From positions 192,001-256,000 of the forward strand of contig CBDBLV010000005.1 of NCBI GenBank assembly GCA_965207225.1: a stretch of DNA of 64,000 nt. Reading direction: 5' to 3'. This document shows, piece by piece, positions 1 to 9,982 of the stretch (positions are counted from its first letter, which is position 1; every line of letters starts with the position of its first letter). Origin of the DNA: Dehalococcoidia bacterium (lineage in GTDB: Bacteria > Chloroflexota > Dehalococcoidia > Plut-88900). The notes below the pieces were generated by a model. The model was given only the letters and a program-made list of their open reading frames with translations. It was not told where the DNA came from and ran no database searches. The position numbers and the translations under genes are program-made.

Positions 1-768
1 GCTGAAGCGAACCTGAAGGATGCATCTTCCTTTCGGCTGACTGTGAGTGCGGAGGGGTCGGGGGGAGGGGCTGGGACCGAGGCGGATGTACTGCCATTCG
101 GGGGAGGACGCTTCGTTATAGATGTCCTCCTTGACGCCTCCCATGACGCTGAGATTGAGGTTATCCGGGCCGCGGAGTCACTGTACGTGCTGTATCCCGG
201 CTTCCAGGCGTGGTTTGATTTTGGCGAGTCGGGCTTGTACCACAATTCGAATCTGAAGAGCTTCCCCTATGACCTGGGAGGGATCCGGGAGACGGCCGAG
301 AGCTTTGAACTACTGAGGGAGGGGGTTATTGGTGGTATTGACGCCTACCGGATCGTTGGTAGGGGGACGGGAGATTTCAGGGAGGCTGCGGGATTCGGGC
401 CGGGGGTGGGGGAGGCGGAGTTGATGATGTGGATAAGCGAGTCGGGGGTGCTGCCGCTGCGCATCGAGGCCCGGGTGGAAGACCCTGATGTAACGTTCAT
501 CTCGGTATATTCCGATTACAGCATGGATTCTGGGGTCTCGGCACCGGAGAACGTGGTCCACGTGGGCTTGATGGATGGGCTGCTGGAAGGGGCCCTGAGC
601 CCCGAGCAGTTGGGGCAGGTAGTGCGGGCCCTGCCGGTGCCCGGGCAGAAGTGCATCGAGGAAGAGATAGGTACGGAGGTGTACCGGGTGGTGATAGGCG
701 GGGATAGTGAGGAGGACTTGCTGGTGTTGAACGCGTTCAATGAGTGTGAGGGGGAGATTTTTCCGTGA
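1..768 (+). CDS. Hypothetical protein, possibly LppX/LolA-like lipoprotein (5' end outside window)
   Basis: Frame is open from base 1 to TGA at 768; acidic beta-rich sequence; no confident family motif. Confidence 0.6.
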   Translation, partial: AEANLKDASSFRLTVSAEGSGGGAGTEADVLPFGGGRFVIDVLLDASHDAEIEVIRAAESLYVLYPGFQAWFDFGESGLYHNSNLKSFPYDLGGIRETAESFELLREGVIGGIDAYRIVGRGTGDFREAAGFGPGVGEAELMMWISESGVLPLRIEARVEDPDVTFISVYSDYSMDSGVSAPENVVHVGLMDGLLEGALSPEQLGQVVRALPVPGQKCIEEEIGTEVYRVVIGGDSEEDLLVLNAFNECEGEIFP

Positions 769-909
769 ACGTGGGGACGAATGGCAGGCGTGTCCCTCCG
801 CTCGACCCCTGCCTTCGCAGGGGCAGGCTCTTCGAGGGTCTCAGGGTGAGAGGCCCCTCCCCAAGAGGCTAGAATAGTGATCGCCAATCGAGACAACAGG
901 AGGATGAAC

Positions 910-1308
910 ATGTCTGAAAGGTCACAGGTAGGAAGCGGAAGGCCGTTGGAGGCGAAATTCGGGTATTGCCGGGCGATCAGGGTCGATAACCCGACCAGCC
1001 ACATATTCATAGCGGGAAACGCGTCGACATCCGCGGACGGGTCTGTGCATGCGCCGGGGGACTACTACGAACAGACAAAGCACATACTGGGCCTTATCAA
1101 GGGATACGTGGGGCAGGCCGGAGGTTCGTTGGAGAACATTGTGAGGACTAGAGTGTTCGTGGTGGACGTGCAGAACCATGCGGAAGAGGTCGGGATTGCG
1201 CACGGGGAGGTGTTCGGGGAGATCAAGCCGGTGTGCACGCTGCTGGGGACGGATGCGCTGGTGCATCCGGACATGGTGGTGGAGATAGATGCGGACGCGG
1301 TGATTTAG
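910..1308 (+). CDS. RidA/YjgF family (Rid) enamine/imine deaminase
   Basis: GYCRAIRV, IVRTRVFV, HGEVFGEIKPVCT, VEIDADA motifs typical of Rid proteins. Confidence 0.85.
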   Translation: MSERSQVGSGRPLEAKFGYCRAIRVDNPTSHIFIAGNASTSADGSVHAPGDYYEQTKHILGLIKGYVGQAGGSLENIVRTRVFVVDVQNHAEEVGIAHGEVFGEIKPVCTLLGTDALVHPDMVVEIDADAVI

Positions 1309-1438
1309 GACCCCCCCCACCCTCCGTTCATACTTCGACCTAGCTCAGCATGAGCGGCCCCGCCTCCGGGGAGGGCAGGCACGAGACCTGCCCCTACAGG
1401 GAATTGGGAGTCAGCCCCTCCCACCCCCTTCGAAAGGT

Positions 1439-2167
1439 CTAGGGGCGGCCGGCGAGGATGTCGAGGAGGCGGCGGCTCTGGAAGCGCATGACCCAGATGA
1501 CGCTGGCGGCAGCGAGACCCACGCCCGTGAAGAGCAGCCCCAGACCCACGAACTTGACGGGCTCCAGCCATCGGTCCATGGACTCGAGCGTACCGCGGGT
1601 GGAGAGGAGGGAGTCGCCGGGGGCTGCCGGGTTCAGTTGGGTGGCGATGGAGTTGTCCCAGTAGCCGGAGGCGATTAGGCCCTGGACGACTGCAAGGACG
1701 AGGGCCACGAACAGGATGGCCAGGCCGGCAACGGTGAAAAGAGGGAAGAGTCGGGCGGTTACGGGGGGCCCGGGGAGGATGATGGTGACGCCGAGGGACT
1801 GCTGGACGGTGGCACCGGAGACCCGAAGGCTGCCCAGCACTATGTTGAACAGCTGGATGATGCTGGCGACGATCAGGCCCAGGCCGAGGAACATCAACTC
1901 GGGGAGCCAGGCACCGACGGATTCGATGAATACCTTCTTCTGGACGATGTCGGAGCCGGAGGAGGCGGCCTCCCGCTCGGCGTGGGAGAAGGCAAAGTAG
2001 TCGGAGGAGACCATGCCGTTGATGATGCCAAGGACGAAGGAGGAGGCGGCAATGATGAGGCCCATGAAGAGGAGGGGCGCCCAGAACCGGACGGCCAGGG
2101 TCTGGGCACGGGTGAAGCCAACGGCGGGTCGGGCGATGGCTTCGGCGGCGCTTTCGAGAGTGGTCAT
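1439..2167 (-). CDS. Hypothetical 4-TM membrane protein with internal duplication
   Basis: ATG at 2167 preceded by GAGGAG; hydrophobic segments in two similar halves. Confidence 0.75.
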   Translation of the reverse strand: MTTLESAAEAIARPAVGFTRAQTLAVRFWAPLLFMGLIIAASSFVLGIINGMVSSDYFAFSHAEREAASSGSDIVQKKVFIESVGAWLPELMFLGLGLIVASIIQLFNIVLGSLRVSGATVQQSLGVTIILPGPPVTARLFPLFTVAGLAILFVALVLAVVQGLIASGYWDNSIATQLNPAAPGDSLLSTRGTLESMDRWLEPVKFVGLGLLFTGVGLAAASVIWVMRFQSRRLLDILAGRP

Positions 2168-2198
2168 GTGGTCTCCTCTGTGACGGTGGACAAAGGGC

Positions 2199-2654
2199 TT
2201 AAGACTCGGCCTCCCGGTCTGGGTCCAGAGGGGCCTCGAATGTGGAGATTTCCTGGCCGGTCGGGTCAAGGGACTCCGTGCTCCGGAGTGAAGGGAGTAT
2301 CAGTGCGGAAACGGTCATCCTGAGCCTGACGGCGGCGACCCAGCGCCACAGGAGCAGGGCAACGCCTACCAATATCAGGGCGAGACCCTGCCAGGGGAGG
2401 AGGCCGAGCCACTCATCATGGGTGGCGAGGCTGGCCTGTTGCTCGCCCAGTAAGGTGTTGGAGGGGGCAGCGAGCCGTTGTTCCAGGTATGCTAAATAGA
2501 CCTCGGAGGCGGTGTCGGAGAGGTCGGCCCAGAAGTAGAAGGCAAGGCCGATGGTGGCGAGGCCGGCGATGATGAGCAGGAGGGCGGCGAGGGTGAGGAA
2601 AGGCCCTCTGAAGGCTTCCTTTTCGAGCTTCTCAACGGTGGTCTGGGAGATCAT
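2199..2654 (-). CDS. Hypothetical 2-TM membrane protein related to the downstream gene
   Basis: Two hydrophobic helices with WLxxLxxxGLxL motif; same strand, operon-like spacing. Confidence 0.7.
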   Translation of the reverse strand: MISQTTVEKLEKEAFRGPFLTLAALLLIIAGLATIGLAFYFWADLSDTASEVYLAYLEQRLAAPSNTLLGEQQASLATHDEWLGLLPWQGLALILVGVALLLWRWVAAVRLRMTVSALILPSLRSTESLDPTGQEISTFEAPLDPDREAES

Positions 2655-2866
2655 TACCGACGTTGGTCCTTGAGCATCCTTTACGACGGGTAATCACAGT
2701 GGTGAATTATACGGGTGGGGGGAAGGGGGTGGAGCGCCGGGGACGATAAACGCGACAGGAAGGCAGTACGAGGGCCATCCCCCGCTCGGCTCTTCGACTC
2801 CGCTCAGGGAAAGCGGCCCCGCACCCGGCGGGATGGATTCCGGCTCAGGGGGCGGGATGACGGGAG

Positions 2867-3589
2867 TTATTGGGGTTTGGAGCCCCAGTGGAGTGCCACG
2901 ATTCCCATGTTCATGCGTCGGTAGCCGACGTTTTCCAAGCCGGCTGTGCGCAGGATGTCGGCGAGGCCGTCGGCATTGGGGAAGCGGTCTATGGACTCGG
3001 AGAGATAGGAGTAAGAGGAGCGGTCTCCGGCCATCAGGTGTCCGAGGAGGGGGATGAAGCGCCGGACGTAGATTTCGAGGAGGAAGTTGAGGGGCGACCA
3101 TCCCTTCACGGGGCTGAGGTCGACCACTGCGATCCCACCCCCGGGCTTGAGCACGCGGACGATCTCCGAGACGCAGGTCTCAACGTTTTCCACATTTCGG
3201 AGGGCGAAGCCGGAAGTTACGGAGATGAAGGACTCGTCCGGGAAGGGGAGGGAGAGGGCGTCGGCCTGGAGAAAAGAGACGGCGCGGTCGGGGAATTTGT
3301 CTATGGCCTTGCGTCGGGCTATGTCGATCATGGGGCGGGAGAGATCGATGCCAAAGACTGAGGTGACGTCCGGCTGTTTCGAGAGGTTGAAGGCGATATC
3401 TCCGGTGCCGGTGGCGATGTCGAGGCCCGGGCCTGTGCCTTGCGCCTTGCCTGCGGCGAGGGCTGCGGCCCTCTTCCACCGCCGGTGCCTCCCCAGGGTG
3501 ATGGTCGTGTTGAGGAAGTCGTACCGCCGTGCGATACGGGAGAACATCCTCTCGACGTACTGGGCTGGGGGTCCCGTCTTGGCTGGCAT
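2867..3589 (-). CDS. menG: Ubiquinone/menaquinone biosynthesis C-methyltransferase (UbiE/MenG)
   Basis: MFSRIARRYDFLN, LDIATGTGD SAM motif, FALRNV, YLSESIDRFP; start adjusted to ATG 3589. Confidence 0.9.
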   Translation of the reverse strand: MPAKTGPPAQYVERMFSRIARRYDFLNTTITLGRHRRWKRAAALAAGKAQGTGPGLDIATGTGDIAFNLSKQPDVTSVFGIDLSRPMIDIARRKAIDKFPDRAVSFLQADALSLPFPDESFISVTSGFALRNVENVETCVSEIVRVLKPGGGIAVVDLSPVKGWSPLNFLLEIYVRRFIPLLGHLMAGDRSSYSYLSESIDRFPNADGLADILRTAGLENVGYRRMNMGIVALHWGSKPQ

Positions 3590-3593
3590 AGGT

Positions 3594-4202
3594 TTACCGG
3601 GCTGCAATAGGAAGGATAATTTGGATTTCGTCTGGGGGGCCGGCGGCGTCGAAGGCATTTTGCAGCCAGCACAGGCCAACGTAGGCGGCTGTTATCGCGT
3701 CAAGCTCATCGTGGACGCGTTTGCGGTCGGGGTCGGGGAATCGGATGCCGAGATCGTAGAGTCCTTTAAGTAGGGCGTCCTCGCCGCGCTGCTTTCTCGG
3801 GAGTCCGAGTCGGTCCTGGGCGGCGCCGGGATAGACTTCGATGACTTTGATGCCATCGGATTCTAGGGTCTCGCGAAGTCGGATGGAGCGGAGGGTCAGG
3901 TTGACCATGGAGGGGAGGAGGGTCCAGAAGGGTCGGTAGCCCATGCGGGAGACGGCCCTGTCGGCGGCGCGGACGATGCCGTGGACGGCGCAGGCACAGG
4001 ATGGGTCGGCACAGCAACGGCCCTTAGGGAGGGCGAGGGGCGAGTCGATGGCTACGACGTCGGGTTTGGCTTCGTGGATGGCCTGGAGGATATCGGCGTC
4101 GGTCTTTACGACTTGTGACTCGGCGTTGAGGTTCTCGTTGATAACGGCCAGCCCCGACCTCTTGCGCTCGGAGCCTGAGGGGTCGAGGCCGAGGGCGATC
4201 AA
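3594..4202 (-). CDS. DUF429 family RNase H-fold predicted nuclease
   Basis: GLDPSG, VAIDSPL, IEVYPG, HDELDAITAA motifs. Confidence 0.8.
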   Translation of the reverse strand: MIALGLDPSGSERKRSGLAVINENLNAESQVVKTDADILQAIHEAKPDVVAIDSPLALPKGRCCADPSCACAVHGIVRAADRAVSRMGYRPFWTLLPSMVNLTLRSIRLRETLESDGIKVIEVYPGAAQDRLGLPRKQRGEDALLKGLYDLGIRFPDPDRKRVHDELDAITAAYVGLCWLQNAFDAAGPPDEIQIILPIAAR

Positions 4203-4256
4203 GGGCGGCCTCGGGCAGCGGGGCCTTCCCAGGTCCGCGAATTTGACATTCGAGGG

Positions 4257-6005
4257 TTAGTCTTCAAGGGTGGAGGTATCGCCCTCGGGGAGGCCGAGTT
4301 CGCGGGCCTTGAGGAGACGGCGCATGATCTTGCCGCTGCGGGTCTTGGGCAGGGTGTCGATGAAGTCGATCTCCCGTGGTGCGACCGCAGGTGAGAGCTT
4401 CTGGCGGGCGAAGCGCATCAGCTCGCGGCGGAGGGAGTCGGACTGCTCGAAGCCGTCCTTGAGGGAGACAAAGGCCTTGACGACCTCCATGGCTATGGGG
4501 TCGGGCTTGCCGATGACACCGGCCTCGGCGACGGCAGGGTGCTCGATGAGTGCGCTTTCCACCTCGAAGGGCCCGACCAGGTGTCCGGCTGTGTTGATCA
4601 CGTCGTCGGCGCGGCCGACGAACCAGAAGTAGCCGTCCTCGTCCATGCGGGCCTTGTCGCCGGTGATGTACCAGCCGTTCTGGAAGCGGGAGTTGTAGCG
4701 TTCCTCATTGCGCCAGTAGGTCTTGAACATGGAGGGCCAGCCGGGCCTGATGGCGAGGTGGCCTTCCTGCCCGGCGGGCAACTCGTTGTACTCGTCGTCG
4801 AGGATGCCGGCAGTGATGCCGGGGGTGGGGCGGCCCATGGAGCCGGGCTTGATGTCCTGGATTGGGTAGTTGGAGATGAGGATGGAACCGGTCTCGGTCT
4901 GCCACCAGGTGTCGTGGAAGGGGAGGCCGAAGACGCGTTCGCTCCAGATCACGGCCTCGGGGTTGAGGGGCTCGCCGACGCTGGTGATGTAGCGGAGGGA
5001 CGAGAGGTCGTGGCGTTTGACGACCTCGTCTCCGGCCTTCATGAGCATACGGATGGCGGTCGGGGCGGTGTACCAGACGGTGACGCCGTACTTTTCGATG
5101 ACCCGGTACCAGCCCGACGCCCCAAAACCACCCTCGTAAATGATCTGGGTTACGCCGTTGGTCCAGGGCGCAACCATGCCGTAGGAGGTGCCGGTGACCC
5201 ATCCGGGGTCGGCGGTGCACCAGTAGATGTCGTCGGCGTGGAGGTCCAGGGCCCACTTGCCGGTGGCGTACTGCTGGTAGGCGGCACGGTGTGCGTGGGC
5301 CGCGCCCTTGGGCTTGCCCGTGGTCCCCGAGGTGTAGTGCATTATGTCGTAGTCTTCCTCGGTGGTGCGGACGATTTCGAAGTCCTCCGAGGCGGAGGAC
5401 ATGGCCTCTTCGTAGCTGATGTCGCCCGCGTCCAGGGGGCCCTCATCGCGGTTGTTCTTGTTGACGATGATGACGTGCTTGAGGTCGGGGAGGTCGCCGA
5501 GTATGCCGCCGATCTTCTTGCGGAGCTTGGGGCTGGTGATGAGCACCTTGGCCCCCGAGTCCTCCATGCGGTCTCTAACGGGGTCGGGGCCGAAGGCAGA
5601 GAAAAGGGGCCCGGCGATGGCGCCGGCTTTCAGGATGCCGAAGAAGGCGAAGTAGAGCTCGGGGACCCGGTCCATGAATATGAAGACGCGGTCTCCAAGC
5701 TCGACGCCCAGACCGGAGAGGACGTTGGCGAACTTGTTGGACTGGGCCTTGAAGTCTGCGAAGGTGTAGGTCTCCTCCTCTCCGTTGGCCCCTAGCCAGT
5801 GGAAGGCTACCTTGTCACCCTTGCCGTGGACCACGTGCCGATCGATGGCTTCGTAGGCGAGGTTGAGGCCGCCGCCGGGAAGACCGTCAAGCTCGGCCTT
5901 GATGGTGTCCCAGGAGAAGTCGTCGCGGGCGGCATCGTAGTCGGGGATGTTGGGCGTGACCTGGATTTCGCTGAGAGCGGGCTTGGCGATAAGGTTGTCG
6001 GCCAT
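4257..6005 (-). CDS. acsA: Acetate--CoA ligase (AMP-forming acetyl-CoA synthetase)
   Basis: YTSGTTGKPKG, DTWWQTETG, GRADD, PKTRSGKIMRR motifs. Confidence 0.93.
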   Translation of the reverse strand: MADNLIAKPALSEIQVTPNIPDYDAARDDFSWDTIKAELDGLPGGGLNLAYEAIDRHVVHGKGDKVAFHWLGANGEEETYTFADFKAQSNKFANVLSGLGVELGDRVFIFMDRVPELYFAFFGILKAGAIAGPLFSAFGPDPVRDRMEDSGAKVLITSPKLRKKIGGILGDLPDLKHVIIVNKNNRDEGPLDAGDISYEEAMSSASEDFEIVRTTEEDYDIMHYTSGTTGKPKGAAHAHRAAYQQYATGKWALDLHADDIYWCTADPGWVTGTSYGMVAPWTNGVTQIIYEGGFGASGWYRVIEKYGVTVWYTAPTAIRMLMKAGDEVVKRHDLSSLRYITSVGEPLNPEAVIWSERVFGLPFHDTWWQTETGSILISNYPIQDIKPGSMGRPTPGITAGILDDEYNELPAGQEGHLAIRPGWPSMFKTYWRNEERYNSRFQNGWYITGDKARMDEDGYFWFVGRADDVINTAGHLVGPFEVESALIEHPAVAEAGVIGKPDPIAMEVVKAFVSLKDGFEQSDSLRRELMRFARQKLSPAVAPREIDFIDTLPKTRSGKIMRRLLKARELGLPEGDTSTLED

Positions 6006-6111
6006 GGATCCACCTCCGTGAGCGGCGCGGGCGCGGGGCCCGGGCGGGTTCTACACGGCCCAAAATGTAATGCAAGGGGTCGGGGGTAGTCAACGCGGGG
6101 GAAGGGCTGGG

Positions 6112-6588
6112 TCAATTGAGGCAGAACATTTGCATAAGCTCGTTGAGAATCTCATGCATGACCGGGAACTGAGAGCGAGTCAGTGTATCCTTGATAATTT
6201 CCTCGCCCGTGCTTGGGTCAAATAAGTGACGGTGATAAATGTTTTCCTCATCAAGGTGCATGTTATCGTAGCGGAGCACATTATGCCTACCCGGAAACCA
6301 CGCATTGTAGGAATAGATTGACATCCGCACCCGTCGATTACGCGATTTATCTAATGCTCCTGTCTTACGTATCTCGAGATTTAGGCCATTCTCGAAGACG
6401 ATGAAGCCCCTCACAACTAGCATGTCGTGAGGGGCTTGCGGTTGCAATACTGGCGTGAAGTCTAGGCTGGATTCCTCCATTAGAACATAGGGATGATTCT
6501 CAAGATGCATCTCATGAAGGTATATGTAGTTGTCTAGGGGATTCCAGTTGTGGGGGTCTCCCCTCTGATCATCCTTAAGGTCTGCCAT
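6112..6588 (-). CDS. TumE-like (DUF6516) toxin
   Basis: YSYNA...LRYDNMH...HRH pattern; lower GC; overlaps upstream antitoxin-like gene. Confidence 0.65.
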   Translation of the reverse strand: MADLKDDQRGDPHNWNPLDNYIYLHEMHLENHPYVLMEESSLDFTPVLQPQAPHDMLVVRGFIVFENGLNLEIRKTGALDKSRNRRVRMSIYSYNAWFPGRHNVLRYDNMHLDEENIYHRHLFDPSTGEEIIKDTLTRSQFPVMHEILNELMQMFCLN

Positions 6589-6836
6589 GTCCAAACCCAG
6601 TTAGAAACATCGCGTGTCTCGGGCATTTCACCGAGGTGGAGACTTCTGAGCATCGTTTCAGAAGACATGCTGTGTCTACGCTCATAATCTTCGAGTTGTT
6701 GACTTAGGAGTCTCTGCAACTCTCGAGCATCCGACTCAGAGCGGACTAGAGCCGTTTCGATGCGCTCTTTTATGTCCGCACGCCATTCGGATTCTGCTCT
6801 CTGTCCGTTACCATTCTTTCTCACAATGATGCCCAT
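6534..6836 (-). CDS. TumA-like antitoxin
   Basis: LEDYERRHSMSSETM...GEM...W pattern like TumA (FE..YGMSS..F....GE....W); GGGAG SD before ATG 6836. Confidence 0.65.
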   Translation of the reverse strand: MGIIVRKNGNGQRAESEWRADIKERIETALVRSESDARELQRLLSQQLEDYERRHSMSSETMLRSLHLGEMPETRDVSNWVWTWQTLRMIRGETPTTGIP

Positions 6837-7233
6837 GTTAGTCTCCCGCAGACTTTGGGCCTGAAGTTGACAAAGCTCCACCAAGCCCATATACTCCCTT
6901 TGTCTCGAGAGAACTCATGGGACAGCAATCATAAAGGGTGTTGCCGCACCCTCTTGAGTGCCTACCCAATATACTACATATAGGGTTCAGCATCAACGAC
7001 CCCACAATTTGTGGGGTTATTTCTTTTGTACAAACTCCTGGTAAATGGCCTATTTCCCGGAGAAGCTTTGGGGCGGTGAACGCCCAACTAATCACTTGGA
7101 GGCCAGCTTGCAGAGCTTGCAGTTTTTCTTGAGGCTCACTAAGTAGTGCCCCCACACTTCGGGGCGGACTTCGGCTTCTTGCTAGCTTTCTTGTCGCCGT
7201 TCCTAGCGCCTTCCAATGCCGCCGTCGTCTGAC

Positions 7234-8655
7234 CTATGCACCCGACAGGAACTCGTTGTAGGTTACGAGCTTGCGGTAGGCGTTGGCGCTGCGGTGGAAG
7301 GTGGGGAAGGAGGGGATGCCACGGGCCAGGAGCCGGTCACGCATGTCTATGGCGGCGACTTCCTGGTCGACGGGGCAGACGGTGCAGAAGTAGGGCTTCT
7401 TGGTGCGCTCCCGGTGGTTGGCCAGGATATCAATCAGGCCGCTCACGTAGCCTTCGCCCATCGACTCCCGACGGTCCAGCAACGAGGTGGTCAGCTCGGT
7501 GGTGATGGCGTCGACGGTCGGGTCCCGTTCGAGGATGTCGAGGATGCGGACGAGGACGGTCTGGTCGGGGAGGTTGGAGCTGATGTCCAGGGGGTTGCGG
7601 TAGCTGGCACCGATGACGCTGAAGAATTGCGAGAGTTCTTCGTAGCTGGAGTCGCTGAGGGGGCCGATGGTGAAGCCCTGCTTGGCGAAGGCGTCGACGG
7701 CGGCGACGGCCTGTCCTCCGGTAAGGGCCATGACGCCCATGCGCTCGCCGGTGGACGGGGCGATGTAGAGGAGGCCCTTGAGCACATCGACGAGCTCTTC
7801 GAGGCTGTGGACGGGGAGGGCGCCGCACTGGCGGACGAGGGACTCCCAGACGGTGTACTCGGTGGCGAGGGAGGCGGTATGGGAGGAGACGGCCCGGGCC
7901 CCGTCCGAGGTCTGGCCGCCCTTCCAGATGACAACGGGTTTGCGCTTGCAGACGTCCTTGAGCACGTCGAAGAAGCGACGCCCGTTCTTGACGCCCTCCA
8001 CGTACATGCCGATCATCTTCGTCTCGGGATCCTGGCCGAGGTATTCGAGGTAGTCGGGGACGTCAAGGACAATGGCGTTGCCGAGGCTGACCAGCTTGCT
8101 GACCTTCACCCCATGGGCTCCGCCCAGCAGGCTGAAGTACATGCTCTGGGTGCCACTCTGGCCGATGAAGCCCACGGGCCCGGCCTCTCCGGCGTACTGC
8201 TGGGGGGTGAAGCGGACGCCCCGGCCGGGGATGAAGAGGCCCATGCAGTTGGGCCCAACCAGCATGAAGTTAGCATCCCGGGCCATCTGCTGCATCTGGT
8301 TTTGGAGGGCTATCCCCTCCTCCTCGGCGGTCTCGGCGAAACCGGATGTGAAGAAAGTGGCTCCTCCGACTCTCTTTTCGATGCACTGCTGGAGGACCAT
8401 GGGGGCGAACTTGCGGGGTACGGAGACGATGACGAAGTCTATGTCGTCGGGGACATCGAGGATGCTCTTGAAGTTCTGATACCCCATGGCCTCGATGTTG
8501 GGGATCTCCCGCTCGTCGATCTGGACGGAGTAGACGGGGCCCTTGAAGGTGCTCATGGAGTTGAGCCAAGAGTAGCCGAGGGCCTGCTTGTCGCCGATGA
8601 CGGCGGCGGTTTTCGGGTTGAAGAGTCGGTCGAACTTGGATACGTCGATGGTCAT
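7234..8655 (-). CDS. Acyl-CoA synthetase (NDP-forming), alpha / CoA-binding subunit
   Basis: LFNPKTAAVIG, GPNCMG, QSG, SHTASL phospho-His motif, NPLD. Confidence 0.9.
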   Translation of the reverse strand: MTIDVSKFDRLFNPKTAAVIGDKQALGYSWLNSMSTFKGPVYSVQIDEREIPNIEAMGYQNFKSILDVPDDIDFVIVSVPRKFAPMVLQQCIEKRVGGATFFTSGFAETAEEEGIALQNQMQQMARDANFMLVGPNCMGLFIPGRGVRFTPQQYAGEAGPVGFIGQSGTQSMYFSLLGGAHGVKVSKLVSLGNAIVLDVPDYLEYLGQDPETKMIGMYVEGVKNGRRFFDVLKDVCKRKPVVIWKGGQTSDGARAVSSHTASLATEYTVWESLVRQCGALPVHSLEELVDVLKGLLYIAPSTGERMGVMALTGGQAVAAVDAFAKQGFTIGPLSDSSYEELSQFFSVIGASYRNPLDISSNLPDQTVLVRILDILERDPTVDAITTELTTSLLDRRESMGEGYVSGLIDILANHRERTKKPYFCTVCPVDQEVAAIDMRDRLLARGIPSFPTFHRSANAYRKLVTYNEFLSGA

Positions 8656-9359
8656 CAGCGGGCCTGCTCTTCGAGGATGATGCGGGCGTCGACGGCGGTG
8701 AGGCCGTCCTTGTAGGCGAAAATAGGGTTGAGGTCGATCTCCTTGATCTCGTCGTGTTGCTGGACGAACTCGGAGAGCTTGAGGAGGGTGTCTTCGAGCT
8801 TTTCGATGTCGGCGGGCTCCTGGCCGCGGTAGCCCTCCAGGACGGGGAAGCCCTTGATTTCACGGATCATGCTGCGGGCGTCCCTCTTGGTGAGGGGGAC
8901 GATGCGGAAGGCGACGTCCTTGAGGATTTCGACCATGATGCCGCCGAGGCCGAACATGAGGACGGGGCCGAACTGGGCGTCCTTGGACATGCCGATGATG
9001 ACTTCCGTGCCGGGTCGAGCCATGCCCTGTACGGAGACGCCTTCGATGGTGGCACCGGGCTGGTTGGCGTTGATGGAGGCGACGATGTCGTCGTAGGCGG
9101 CGGCGGTCTCGGCTTCGTTCTTGAGCCCGAGCTTCACGCCGCCCATGTCGCTCTTGTGGACGACGTCGGGGGAGATGACCTTGAGGACAACGGGAAAGCC
9201 GATGGCCTTTGCCTGCTCGACAGCCTGGTCACGGGAGGTGGCGAGGGTGGCCTGGGTGGTGTCGATGCCGGCGTCGCGAAGGACCTGCTTGGACTCGACC
9301 TCGTTAAGGAAGGTGCGTCCCTCGCTCTGGGCGCTCTGCAGGGTCTGGCTCTGGGTCAT
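8655..9359 (-). CDS. Acyl-CoA synthetase (NDP-forming), beta / ATP-grasp subunit
   Basis: GFPVVLKVISPDVVHKSDMGGV, FGPVLMFGLGG, EIDLNP, VDARI. Confidence 0.92.
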   Translation of the reverse strand: MTQSQTLQSAQSEGRTFLNEVESKQVLRDAGIDTTQATLATSRDQAVEQAKAIGFPVVLKVISPDVVHKSDMGGVKLGLKNEAETAAAYDDIVASINANQPGATIEGVSVQGMARPGTEVIIGMSKDAQFGPVLMFGLGGIMVEILKDVAFRIVPLTKRDARSMIREIKGFPVLEGYRGQEPADIEKLEDTLLKLSEFVQQHDEIKEIDLNPIFAYKDGLTAVDARIILEEQAR

Positions 9360-9487
9360 GGGGTGTCCTCCTTGGGCGGCTGTGCCGTGGGGGAGGATAG
9401 CAACGGGGCTGGTCGGGTGTCAACGCGGGGGTTTATTCGGTTGTGGGGTGAGGTTTTGATTGTTCTTTTGGGTTTTTGGAGGGGGTT

Positions 9488-9975
9488 GGCGATGGAAGGC
9501 CCGGGACTCAATTTCAGGGGGCGGGAGGCCAGCCTGGTTCAGCCCCGTGTTCCTGTGTCACATGGCAGACAAGCGAAGGGTTCTCGCCTGAGGGCGTCTC
9601 TACCACCAGTTTTTCAGTCTTCCTGCCCCACTCGGAGGGGTGGGGAGGTGTTTTCTCGCTGCCGTCGCTGGGTTTATGGGTATCTCCGAAGGGAATGACG
9701 GGGGAGATTTTTCAAGGGCCGTAAAGCCCGAGGTTTTTCGGCAGGGCTCCTATATGAGGGGCGTGCCGCTTAATGTTGTGGACCTTCCATCGCCTGGATG
9801 GATAGGGAAGGGGTACGGGACCCGTGGTGAGGGGATAATATCCCTGGCTTGTGCCTCGGGCCTGCGCGGGGCCGTTAGGACAGGCTGGGACGTTGAGTCC
9901 TCGGGGTGGGGTCTTGGGGGCTTCCCTGGGTTTTTGGTTCCTCCTTGGATGATGTGAGTTAGTGTTCGATCGGAC
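9488..9975 (-). ncRNA. Candidate structured non-coding RNA of unknown family
   Basis: No credible ORF; 12-bp perfect inverted repeat (9488-9499 / 9783-9794) encloses several hairpins; sigma70-like promoter upstream. Confidence 0.3.
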
Positions 9976-9982
9976 GCAGGAC

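Noticed and set aside
6838-7155. 105-aa ORF upstream of the TA pair
   Set aside because: No SD or recognisable motif; more likely promoter or remnant sequence
4539-8715. Long antisense ORFs (4539-5795, 7216-8715; likewise 12963-14342, 20013-21245, 44994-46595)
   Set aside because: Shadow frames of real GC-rich genes with no family motifs
9488-9794. RNase P RNA, tmRNA or SRP RNA
   Set aside because: No GAGGAAAGUCC, tRNA-like ends or SRP loop motif seen on either strand
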